The position numbers were made by a program, and so were the translations under genes. The notes below the pieces were generated by a model. That model did no database searches, was not told where the DNA came from, and saw nothing but the letters and a program-made list of their open reading frames with translations. Positions 1 to 8,303 of a DNA stretch of 37,589 nt are shown here, piece after piece (positions within the stretch are counted from its first letter, which is position 1; every line of letters starts with the position of its first letter). Origin of the DNA: Actinomycetota bacterium (GTDB lineage: Bacteria > Actinomycetota > Acidimicrobiia > Acidimicrobiales > Ilumatobacteraceae); assembly GCA_038529675.1 (NCBI GenBank), contig JBCBDK010000001.1:1-37589 (forward strand), read 5' to 3'.

Positions 1-1363
1 CCTCGTCGTAGTCGGTGTCGACCTGGTCGGGGTTGCCATCACCGTCGAAGTCGACGAACACCTGGATGCCGGTGCTGGCGACGTTGTCGAGCGGCGCGAC
101 CCAGACCGGCGAGTGGATGTCGTTGCCCGACGGGTTGCCCTGCCCCCAGCCGACCACGACACCGGGCGTCAGCGCCTGCGTCGGAACGAGGCTGTAGCCC
201 CAGTCGTAGTTCTGGGTCCAGGTCTGGAGTGCGACGGTGCCGGAGATGGGGATGAACGGGTTGCCGGGCGACGACAGCTTGGCGCCCGAGCCGTTCGGCA
301 GGTCGTATGACTCCACCTCGCCCGGATCGAGCGTGAGGTTCGTGTCGTTCGCAGTGCCCGCGGCATCGACGGCGACGACGATCTGTCGATCGTTCGGGTT
401 CTGGACGAAGAGCGTGATCAGCTGCGTGGCGCTCGTGCCACCGGCGGCTGCGACGTACTCGTCGCCGCGGATCTCCTCGGGGAAGAGTTCGAACCAGCGC
501 ATCTCCCAGCCGGCGTTGATGTCGCCGGTGATCAGGTGCGCCTGCATCGGCTTGTTTGCCTCGGCGGTCGCTCCCGACGACAGGCCGCCGTCGATCATGA
601 CGGTGTCACCCTCGTTCAGGTTCTCGGTCCGATCGATGACGCCGTCACCGTCGACGTCGATCTCGACGACCGTCGCGTCGTCCGAGGCCGTCATGCCCAG
701 TCCGACGTATTCGAACGCCTCGACGCCCATGTTCTCGCCGACCGGCACCGTGAACGACGTGCCCCACTTCGACAAGTCGGTGCCCGCCGTCGCGCCGGCA
801 TGCACGGTCCCGATCGCTGAGTCCCACATCGCACGCGTCATCGCGAACCCGCGGGTCGAGGCGATCTTGTCGCGACCGTCGAATCGGATGTCGGTGGCGA
901 CACGCGGCATCGGCACGGTGTTCTGCAGGAAGATGACGGTGCCCGAGCTGACGACGTCGCCCGAGGCCACGTTCGGGCTGACGGTCGAAACGTCGCCGTT
1001 CGCGGTGCTTCCGTCGCCCCAGACCTGTGTGGTCGACTGGACGGGGTTGGCGATGTCGGCTTCGAAACCGTCCTCCCAGTGGTCGTAGTAGATGATCGAG
1101 TTGTCGGCCGCCGCGGTGACGTCGATGGTGCTGACCGCGTCGGAGTACGAGCCGGACGCGTTCACGGACTGCAGCGCATCGTGTGCATCCTGGTCGGCGA
1201 AGGGCACGTACATCGTGAACACCGGTGGCGGGCCGGCGAGTGCGGTGTTCGACGAAGCGATCAGGACGATCGGCAGCACGGCGACCGCCAGGAGCGCGGC
1301 GACGATCAGCTTCGACCACGTCCGGCCGAGCCCACGCACACGCGAGAGAAAATCCAGTTCCAC
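1..1363 (-). CDS. Large secreted/surface protein, N-terminal part (runs off the window); IgGFc-binding-like N-terminal region with DxDxDG motifs
   Basis: Not in the ORF track because there is no stop in the window. Hand translation of the minus strand is open from GTG 1363 (or 1339) to base 1. It gives a signal-like segment WSKLIVAALLAVAVLPIVLIASSNTALA-G, then ...IIYYDHWEDGFEADIANP..., ...EIDVDGDGVID..., ...ANKPMQAHLITG...ELFPEEIRGDEYV..., ...VFVDFDGDGNPD. Codon usage is gene-like; the start is uncertain. Confidence 0.8.
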   Translation of the reverse strand, partial: MELDFLSRVRGLGRTWSKLIVAALLAVAVLPIVLIASSNTALAGPPPVFTMYVPFADQDAHDALQSVNASGSYSDAVSTIDVTAAADNSIIYYDHWEDGFEADIANPVQSTTQVWGDGSTANGDVSTVSPNVASGDVVSSGTVIFLQNTVPMPRVATDIRFDGRDKIASTRGFAMTRAMWDSAIGTVHAGATAGTDLSKWGTSFTVPVGENMGVEAFEYVGLGMTASDDATVVEIDVDGDGVIDRTENLNEGDTVMIDGGLSSGATAEANKPMQAHLITGDINAGWEMRWFELFPEEIRGDEYVAAAGGTSATQLITLFVQNPNDRQIVVAVDAAGTANDTNLTLDPGEVESYDLPNGSGAKLSSPGNPFIPISGTVALQTWTQNYDWGYSLVPTQALTPGVVVGWGQGNPSGNDIHSPVWVAPLDNVASTGIQVFVDFDGDGNPDQVDTDYDE

Positions 1364-1383
1364 AAGGAGGTTGTCGGGAAACG

Positions 1384-1444
1384 TCAAGACGAACTTGAGA
1401 CTCTGAACACGACCTGACGAAAAAATTGACGGTCGGACTGTCGA
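1384..1444. promoter_or_regulatory. Two palindromic operator candidates in the divergent intergenic region
   Basis: TCAAG-N5-CTTGA at 1384-1398 (perfect). TTGACGGTC-G-GACTGTCGA at 1426-1444 (2 mismatches), next to an A-run and upstream of a TetR gene. Confidence 0.45.
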
Positions 1445-1526
1445 GACGTGACCCGCACCACACGCCCACGGCATCCCGACACACGACGCCCACGACACGA
1501 CGGGTGGGGCGGACTACCTTGCCCGC

Positions 1527-2075
1527 ATGGTCGATCTCAGAGAGCGCCGCCAGCAACTGGTCCGCGACGAGGTACGCGCCGCTGCGGTCGCGCTGATGGC
1601 CGATCGAGGTTTCGACGGGGTGACCGTCGAGCAGATCGCGGCGAACACCTCGGTGTCGCCGTCGACGATCTACCGGCACTTCGGCACCAAGGAGGCGATG
1701 GTCCTCACGCCCGGCCGTCCGGCGGCCGTCGTCGAGCGCGTCGCCGCCGACACCAAGCGCGAAGCGACCGCCGCGATCCGGCGGGCGGTCAACAGGGTCT
1801 ACGGCAAGGACGAACGGGTCCCTGCCGAACTGCAACTCGCGTCGGGCAACGCGGCACTGTCGGAACACGTGGCGCGCGAGCTGGCCGACGTCGGCGACGC
1901 GCTCGCCGCTGCGTTGGCGAGTCGCGCCGGACGCAAGAAGCCGAAGCTCGACGACCGCGCCCGCGCTGCGGCCACGCTCGCTGCGGTCGCGGTTGCACTC
2001 CTCGACTGGGCCGACGCGCCGGACACGAAGTTGACCGCACTACTGGACGACGCGCTGTCGGTCCTGTCCCCGTGA
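1527..2075 (+). CDS. TetR/AcrR family transcriptional regulator
   Basis: N-terminal HTH RGFDGVTVEQIAANTSVSPSTIYRHFGTKEAM; 182 aa; TACCTT -10 box 6 nt before the ATG. Confidence 0.92.
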   Translation: MVDLRERRQQLVRDEVRAAAVALMADRGFDGVTVEQIAANTSVSPSTIYRHFGTKEAMVLTPGRPAAVVERVAADTKREATAAIRRAVNRVYGKDERVPAELQLASGNAALSEHVARELADVGDALAAALASRAGRKKPKLDDRARAAATLAAVAVALLDWADAPDTKLTALLDDALSVLSP

Positions 2076-2121
2076 GAGCGACTATCAGCGCTCGATTCCC
2101 GAGGACGCCTGAGGGTCGCTG

Positions 2122-3288
2122 TCAGCGAAGGAGCTCGCCGGCGATGATCATCTTGCGGACCTCGGTGGTCCCCGCCCCGATCTCGAGCAGCTTCGTCCCA
2201 CGGAACAGTCGGTTGATCTCGGTCTCCCACACGTAACCGTTGCCACCGTGGATCTGCACGGCGTTGTCGAGGACCTGGTTGCACATGTTCGCCGCATACA
2301 TCACGGACGCAGCCGACTTGGCGTGGATCTCGCCGCGACCGGCCTGGCCGTGTTCGAGCTCGTCGCACTCTGCGAGCACGCGCCAGAAGTAGGTCCGCAT
2401 CGTCTCGACCCACGTGTACATGTCGGCGAGCCGTGACTGGATCATCTGGAACGATCCGATCGGCGCTCCGAACTGCTCGCGCTCCTTGGCGAACTCGACG
2501 GAGAGTTCGAGCGCCCGCTCAGCCATGCCGACGTTGATCGCCGCGATCATCGCCCGCTCGAGGTCGAGGCCGGACATCACGACCTGGTGACCCTGGTCGA
2601 TCTCGCCGACGATGTTCTCCGCCGGCACCACCATGTCGGTGAAGACAAGTTCGGCGGTCTGACTGCCGCGGAACCCCATCTTCGTCAGCTTCTGCGCCAC
2701 TTCGAAGCCGGGCGTGTCGGTCTCGACGACGAATGCCGTGATGCCCTTGGAGCCCGCACCGGGTGTGGTCTTCGCATAGAGGAGGCAGACGTCGGCGACG
2801 GGACCGTTCGTGATGTAGAGCTTCGACCCGTTCACGACGAACGTGTCGCCGTCACGCACCGCCGTGGTCCGCATCGACCCGAGCGCATCGGAGCCGGCAC
2901 CCGGCTCGGTGAGCCCGAGGCAACCGATCCACTCACCCGAGCACAGCTTGGGCAGCATCCGGGCGCGGATGTCGTCGTTCGCGTTCGCGTAGATGTTGTG
3001 GGCGCAGAGGTTGTCGTGTGCCACGTAGCTGAGGCCGAAGGCGTGGTTCCACCGGGAGAATCCCTGGAGCACGAGTCCGGCCTCGAGCAGCGACATCCCG
3101 GCGCCGCCGAACGCCTCGCCGACGGTCGCGCCGAGCAGGCCGTTGCCGCCGAGGCGGGCCATGATCTCCGGCGGCCACCACTCGTCGTTGTCCATCTTCT
3201 CAGCGAGCGGTGCGAGCTCGTTCCGGCCGACGGTGTCGGCCAGGTCGAGGAGTTGTTCTTGGTCGTCGGTGAGACCGAACTGCGCCAT
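2122..3288 (-). CDS. ivd: Acyl-CoA dehydrogenase, isovaleryl-CoA dehydrogenase-like
   Basis: ACAD motifs LTEPGAGSD, YITNG, KMGFRGS, QIHGGNGY. SGLDLERA and EIGAGTTEVRK match the IVD-type catalytic Glu arrangement. Confidence 0.8.
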   Translation of the reverse strand: MAQFGLTDDQEQLLDLADTVGRNELAPLAEKMDNDEWWPPEIMARLGGNGLLGATVGEAFGGAGMSLLEAGLVLQGFSRWNHAFGLSYVAHDNLCAHNIYANANDDIRARMLPKLCSGEWIGCLGLTEPGAGSDALGSMRTTAVRDGDTFVVNGSKLYITNGPVADVCLLYAKTTPGAGSKGITAFVVETDTPGFEVAQKLTKMGFRGSQTAELVFTDMVVPAENIVGEIDQGHQVVMSGLDLERAMIAAINVGMAERALELSVEFAKEREQFGAPIGSFQMIQSRLADMYTWVETMRTYFWRVLAECDELEHGQAGRGEIHAKSAASVMYAANMCNQVLDNAVQIHGGNGYVWETEINRLFRGTKLLEIGAGTTEVRKMIIAGELLR

Positions 3289-3485
3289 GGCCCGAGACTA
3301 CGTGTCCGGTGCCCGCGATGCGGGCTCGTCCGCCAGGGAGCGCGTCGAACCGCGGTTGGAAGTGACTTTCACAGTGAAGCGTCGGCTGGTGTGGACGTCA
3401 CTCCGACGACCACGTGCTGGATCTCTTCTGCCAAGCCTCGTCGGAGTCACTGTCACGCGAGCCCCACCGGGGGTGCTGAACGACG

Positions 3486-5078
3486 TCAGAGGAAGCGACG
3501 GTACGCGGGGTTGTCGGTCTCGTCCCAGTACCGGTATCCGAGCTCGGTGAGGACGTCGTCCAGCGCGCTGCGGTCCTCGTCGGGCACCTGGATCCCGACC
3601 AGGACTCGGCCTGCGTCGGACCCGTGGTTGCGGTAGTGGAACAGAGAGATGTTCCAGTCCGGGCGCATCGAACGCAGGAACCCGAGCAAGGCGCCGGGCC
3701 GCTCGGGGAACTCGAAGCGGTAGACGACCTCGCCGTGGGCACGCTCCGAGCGGCCACCTACGAGATGGCGAAGGTGAAGCTTCGCGAACTCGTCGTCGGT
3801 GAGGTCGATCGTGTCGAACCCGGCCGCGCGGAACGCGTCGGCGATCCCGTCGGCCTCGTCCGGACCGGACACGCCGATACCGACGAAGACATGAGCGTCG
3901 TCGCCGCTGCTGATCCGGTAGTTGAACTCGGTGACGTCGCGCTGGCCGACCACCTCGCAGAACCGCAGGAACGTCCCGGGCCGTTCGGGGATCGTGACGG
4001 CGTAGACCGCCTCGCGTCGCTCGCCGAGTTCAGCTCGCTCGGCGACGAACCGGAGGCGGTCGAAGTTCATGTTCGCACCGCAGGTGACGGCGACGAGGGT
4101 CTCGTCCGAGATGCCCTCGCGTTCGACGTAGGTCTTGAGCCCGGCCACGGCCAACGCGCCGGCCGGCTCGAGCAGGGTCCGGGTGTCGGTGAAGACGTCC
4201 TTGATCGCTGCGCAGGTCTCGTCGGTCGACACGGTGATGATCTCGTCGACGTGGCGCTGGCAGAGTCGGAACGTCTCGACGCCGACCTGCTTCACCGCCG
4301 TCCCGTCGGAGAAGAGTCCGACGTCGCGGAGCAGCACGCGCTCGCCCGCCGCGAGCGAGTCGCCCATCGCGGTCGCTTCGGCGTGCTGGACACCGATCAC
4401 GCGGATCTCCGGACGGATCTGCTTGATGTAGGTGGCCACGCCCGAGATGAGCCCGCCGCCGCCGACCGCAACGAACACCGCGTGGATCGGCGAGCCGTGC
4501 TGGCGCAGCAGCTCGACGGCGATCGTCCCCTGCCCGGCGATCACGTCGGGATCATCGAACGGGTGCACGAACGTCGAACCCCGCTCGGCGGCCAACTCGA
4601 TCGCGTGCGCGCCCGCCTCCGCGAAGGTCTCGCCGTGGAGGATGATCGAGGCGCCGAGTGCCCGGACCGCATCGACCTTCAGTTCGGCGGTCGTCGACGG
4701 CATCACGATCACTGCGTCGCAGCCGAGGTGCTGTGCAGCGAGTGCGACGCCCTGGGCGTGGTTGCCGGCCGAGGCCGCCACGACACCGCGGGCGCGTTCG
4801 CCCTCGGTGAGTGCCGCCATCTTGTTGAAGGCACCGCGGAGTTTGAACGAGAACACCGGTTGGAGGTCCTCGCGCTTGAACAGCACACGGTTGCCGAGTC
4901 GCTCGGACAGATCGGGCGCGACCTCGAGCGGCGACTCGATCGCCACGTCGTAGACGCGAGCCGTCAGGATCCGACGGAGATAGTCGGCGTCGCTCAGCTC
5001 ACGGGGCGAGTCGGCAGCGTCATCGCGATCGGCCGTCTCGGGTGTTCCGGGCGAGCCGGTCGGAGCGGAGGTCGCCAT
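3486..5078 (-). CDS. ilvA: Threonine ammonia-lyase (biosynthetic, long form with two C-terminal regulatory repeats)
   Basis: KREDLQPVFSFKLRGA (PLP Lys), ASAGNHAQGVA, VGGGGL, GANMNFDRLRFV, PERPG twice, SLFHYRNHG. Start placed at ATG 5078; the longer track ORF overlaps the divergent gene. Confidence 0.95.
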   Translation of the reverse strand: MATSAPTGSPGTPETADRDDAADSPRELSDADYLRRILTARVYDVAIESPLEVAPDLSERLGNRVLFKREDLQPVFSFKLRGAFNKMAALTEGERARGVVAASAGNHAQGVALAAQHLGCDAVIVMPSTTAELKVDAVRALGASIILHGETFAEAGAHAIELAAERGSTFVHPFDDPDVIAGQGTIAVELLRQHGSPIHAVFVAVGGGGLISGVATYIKQIRPEIRVIGVQHAEATAMGDSLAAGERVLLRDVGLFSDGTAVKQVGVETFRLCQRHVDEIITVSTDETCAAIKDVFTDTRTLLEPAGALAVAGLKTYVEREGISDETLVAVTCGANMNFDRLRFVAERAELGERREAVYAVTIPERPGTFLRFCEVVGQRDVTEFNYRISSGDDAHVFVGIGVSGPDEADGIADAFRAAGFDTIDLTDDEFAKLHLRHLVGGRSERAHGEVVYRFEFPERPGALLGFLRSMRPDWNISLFHYRNHGSDAGRVLVGIQVPDEDRSALDDVLTELGYRYWDETDNPAYRRFL

Positions 5079-5174
5079 CGGTGGATCAGTCTGGCAGGGC
5101 GCGGGGCACAGGGGCGCGGACCGAGCCGTGCACGGATCAGGAGCGTTCACGCGCCCGGGAGTACCGTCGCCGCG

Positions 5175-6059
5175 ATGAAGCTGGGACTCGCCTTCGCCAA
5201 CACCGGACCCTTCGCCGAGGCAGACGGCCTGCGCGATCTCGCGGTCGCCGCCGAACAGGTCGGCATCGAATCGTTGTGGACGGTCGAGCACGTCATCTGG
5301 CCGAGCGCCTACGACTCGCAGTACCCCTACTCCCCGACCGGCAAGATGCCCGGCGACAAGACATCGGCGATCCCCGACCCGCTCGTGTGGCTGTCGTTCG
5401 TCGCAGCGCACACCACGCGCCTCGTGCTCGGCACCGGCATCGTGATCCTGCCCGAACGCAACCCGGTCGTGTTCGCCAAGGAGGCCGCGACGCTCGACCG
5501 GCTCGCCGGCGGCCGCCTGCAGCTCGGCATCGGGGTCGGCTGGCTGGAGGAGGAGTTCGACGCACTCGGGGTCCCGTGGGCACGCCGCGGCGCGCGAACC
5601 GACGAGTACGTCCACGCGATGCGTGAGCTGTGGGCCGGCGACGACGCATCGTTCGACGGGGAGTTCGTCTCCTTCTCCGACGTCAGCTCGAATCCCAAGC
5701 CGGTCGACGGCGCCGTCCCGATCGTCGTCGGCGGACACTCGCACGCAGCGGCTCGGCGCGCCGGTCGGCTCGGCGACGGGTTCTTCCCCGGCAAGGGGTC
5801 GATCGAAGAACTCGGCGAGATGATCGACGTGATGAACCAGGCAGCGGCCGACGCCGACCGCGACCCGTCAGGGATCGAGGTGACGGCCGCCCATCCGGGT
5901 CTTCTCGGCGACGACCCGGTCGGTGCGGCGGAGGAGTTGGCGAACGTCGGCGTGTCGCGGACCATCCTCCCGGCGTTCCTCCTCCTCGGTGCCGAGGGCG
6001 CCGAGGCCAAGGCGGTCGACCTCGCCGAACGGATCGTCACCCCGATCGCCCGCATCTGA
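5175..6059 (+). CDS. LLM-class F420-dependent oxidoreductase (Rv2161c-like)
   Basis: MKLGLAFAN..., SLWTVEHV, DPLVWLSFVAAHT, GTGIVILPERNP, GRLQLGIGVGWLEEEF, PIVVGG. TACCGT 7 nt before ATG 5175. Confidence 0.9.
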   Translation: MKLGLAFANTGPFAEADGLRDLAVAAEQVGIESLWTVEHVIWPSAYDSQYPYSPTGKMPGDKTSAIPDPLVWLSFVAAHTTRLVLGTGIVILPERNPVVFAKEAATLDRLAGGRLQLGIGVGWLEEEFDALGVPWARRGARTDEYVHAMRELWAGDDASFDGEFVSFSDVSSNPKPVDGAVPIVVGGHSHAAARRAGRLGDGFFPGKGSIEELGEMIDVMNQAAADADRDPSGIEVTAAHPGLLGDDPVGAAEELANVGVSRTILPAFLLLGAEGAEAKAVDLAERIVTPIARI

Positions 6060-6174
6060 CACGAAATCGCTTGTGTTCGCACGATTCCACACGGTCGACA
6101 ACGAACGATCCGGTCCCGTACATCCATCACACGCTGGTGTGTTACGAATCGACATGCGATCGTGACACAAAATC

Positions 6175-6192
6175 TGACCGGAACATCGGTCA
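6175..6192. promoter_or_regulatory. Inverted repeat, candidate TetR operator
   Basis: Perfect TGACCG-GAACAT-CGGTCA, 48 bp upstream of the TetR ATG at 6240, in an AT-richer intergenic region. Confidence 0.45.
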
Positions 6193-6239
6193 CCTCCTCG
6201 CCACCCGCAGTACACTCATCCGCACGGAGAGGGGTTCTG

Positions 6240-6911
6240 ATGGCACTCACGAAGCCAGCCAGCACACAGGGGACCGACGACACGACACCGACCGCCGACG
6301 TGACCGAGATCGACGGCCGCAGCTTGCGGCGGTTGCGCAACCGGGAGAAGGTGATCGATTCCTACCTGGAGCTCGTCGCCGCCGGGAATCGCAGCCCGTC
6401 GATCGATGATCTCGCGAAGTACAGCGGCATCTCGTTCCGGTCCATCTACCGGTACTTCGAGTCACCGACCGAACTCGTCGCAGCGGCCGCCGAACGCGGC
6501 TACCAGATGTTCAGCCGCGATCTCGTCGTCCGCGACGAGGGGATGGGCTCGCTCCAGGAGCGGGTCGAACGTCTCGTCGAACAGCGCATCGCGCTCTATC
6601 GCCGCAGCGCACCGTTCGTCGCCGCGGCTCGCTCCACCCACTCGGACGACGAGAGCGTCAACGCGCTGTTCGAGAAGCTGCGCAGCGCGCTCGGTCGTCA
6701 GGTCAGCCGGCACTTCGACCCCGAACTCGCATCGCTCGACCACGACCAGCGTCGGGCCAAGGTCGCCGGCATCTACTTCGCGTTCCTCTACGACGGGATG
6801 CGGATGCTGCACGATCTCTACCCGAACGACGACGAGCAGATCAAGGCGGTCCTCGTCGACCACGTGCTCCGTCATCTCGGCCCCGCCCCGGCGCTCGACG
6901 ACACCACCTGA
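6240..6911 (+). CDS. TetR/AcrR family transcriptional regulator
   Basis: DGRSLRRLRNREKVID...PSIDDLAKYSGISFRSIYRYFES HTH; GGAGAGGGG SD-like sequence before ATG 6240. Confidence 0.88.
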   Translation: MALTKPASTQGTDDTTPTADVTEIDGRSLRRLRNREKVIDSYLELVAAGNRSPSIDDLAKYSGISFRSIYRYFESPTELVAAAAERGYQMFSRDLVVRDEGMGSLQERVERLVEQRIALYRRSAPFVAAARSTHSDDESVNALFEKLRSALGRQVSRHFDPELASLDHDQRRAKVAGIYFAFLYDGMRMLHDLYPNDDEQIKAVLVDHVLRHLGPAPALDDTT

Positions 6912-6920
6912 CCCCGACCA

Positions 6921-6997
6921 AGAACGGATGGGGTCAGACCCCGAACGTTCTCGATGACCGGCAGGAGAACGGATGGGGTCTGACCCCGAAGGTTCTC
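6921..6997. repeat. Two tandem REP-like palindromic hairpins between convergent genes
   Basis: AGAACG-GAT-GGGGTC-A-GACCCC-GAA-CGTTCT (6921-6951) and GAGAAC-GGAT-GGGGTC-T-GACCCC-GAAG-GTTCTC (6965-6997). Confidence 0.8.
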
Positions 6998-8252
6998 AGC
7001 CCTTGGCGCGGGCGGTGTAGCCGAAGAGCTTGCCCGCCACCTTTCGGAGCTGGATCTCGTCGGATCCCTCGGTGATCCGGTACCGGCGGTGATGACGGTA
7101 GATGTGTTCGAACGGCATCGCCCGGTTGTAGCCCTGGCCGCCGCAGGTCTGCATCGCCTGGTCGGCCGCGTCGCAGCAGAACCGGTTGGCGCGGTAGTTG
7201 CAGATCGCGACCTTGTCGGTGATCTCCATGTGGTCGATGCCCTGGTCGAGCTGCCACGCGGTCTTCTGGATCAGCGCGCGGAGCATCTCGGCCTCGGCGT
7301 AGAGGTCGGCGAGCGGAAACTGGATCGCCTGATTGGACGACAGCTTCTTGCCGAAGGTGGTTCGCTCGTTGGCGTAGTCGACCGCCACGTCGATGCAGTG
7401 GAGGCCGGCACCGAGCGACGACGCGGCCTGGCGGATTCGGTTCTCGTGGACGAACAGCTGCGCGGTCTGCAACCCCAGGCCTTCCTCGCCGAGGATGTCG
7501 TCGTTCGACACCCGGACCTCGGACAGCGTGACGTGGGCGTGGTCGGTCGGCATGTTGAAGGTCCACATGAACTCCTGCACCTCGAAGCCGGGCGAGTTGG
7601 TCGGCACGATGAAGCAGGTGATGCCGCGGCCGTCGCCAGGCTCGCCCGACGTCCGGGCGAAGATGTAGTCGTGGGTGGCGTGGTGCAGGCCGGTGTTCCA
7701 GTACTTCTCGCCGGTGATGACCCACTCGTCGCCGTCTCGCACCGCGGTCGTTTCCATCCAGGTGGCATCGGAGCCGTGCTTCGGTTCGGTCAGCCCGAAC
7801 CCGATCCGGGCCTCACCGGCGAGCATCTTCGGGATCCATTCGGCCTGTTGTGCGGCTGAGCCGTAACGCTCCATCATCAGCACGGTGACGAGGTTGCCGA
7901 CGATCGAGTTCTCGTTCTGGAGGTCGTTGTGCAGGCCGAGCCCGCGCCGCGCCAGGTGCTCGCGCACGATCGCCATGTCGAGGTTGGTGCCGTCCCTGCC
8001 GCCGAATCGTTCGGGGAGGTGATAGCGGTAGAACCCAGCCTCGTCGGCGGCGACGCGCATCCGTCGAAGCAGCGCCTCCCACTCTGCGTTGGGCAGTCCG
8101 TCCCGGTCCCAGTCGGTGCGCGAGTCCTCACGTCGGTGATCGAAGAAACGAATGTTGTCGTCCTCGTCCTCCATCGGCTTGATCGTCGACTCGATGAACA
8201 CATCGAGGTCGTCGAGCAACTGCTGGGTCGCGGCGGGGATGGCGAAGTCCAT
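6996..8252 (-). CDS. Acyl-CoA dehydrogenase family protein
   Basis: FGLTEPKHGSDA, ITGEKYWNTG, RTTFGKKLSSNQAIQFPLA, QTCGGQG, RYRITEGSDEIQ. TACGTT 6 nt before ATG 8252. Confidence 0.92.
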   Translation of the reverse strand: MDFAIPAATQQLLDDLDVFIESTIKPMEDEDDNIRFFDHRREDSRTDWDRDGLPNAEWEALLRRMRVAADEAGFYRYHLPERFGGRDGTNLDMAIVREHLARRGLGLHNDLQNENSIVGNLVTVLMMERYGSAAQQAEWIPKMLAGEARIGFGLTEPKHGSDATWMETTAVRDGDEWVITGEKYWNTGLHHATHDYIFARTSGEPGDGRGITCFIVPTNSPGFEVQEFMWTFNMPTDHAHVTLSEVRVSNDDILGEEGLGLQTAQLFVHENRIRQAASSLGAGLHCIDVAVDYANERTTFGKKLSSNQAIQFPLADLYAEAEMLRALIQKTAWQLDQGIDHMEITDKVAICNYRANRFCCDAADQAMQTCGGQGYNRAMPFEHIYRHHRRYRITEGSDEIQLRKVAGKLFGYTARAKG

Positions 8253-8303
8253 CCGTCGAACGTAGGGCGGCACGGCGCGGGGCACCGAACGGGAGCTCGG
8301 CGG

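Noticed and set aside
237-1088. Plus-strand 283-aa ORF and other long antisense or alternative-frame ORFs (e.g. 7929..10376, 10876..13680, 14965..16383, 33634..35361)
   Set aside because: Shadow ORFs of real genes in high-GC DNA; Ser/Arg/Pro-rich with no family motifs.
1364-1370. Perfect AAGGAGG Shine-Dalgarno on the + strand
   Set aside because: No suitably spaced start codon or credible ORF follows; the adjacent gene is on the minus strand.
3624-5744. Apparent 811-aa and 752-aa overlapping proteins (long versions of the LLM enzyme and IlvA)
   Set aside because: The N-terminal extensions are antisense read-through of the divergent gene; the supported starts are 5175 and 5078. The same applies to the extended topA, coaA, methyltransferase and GH38 ORFs.
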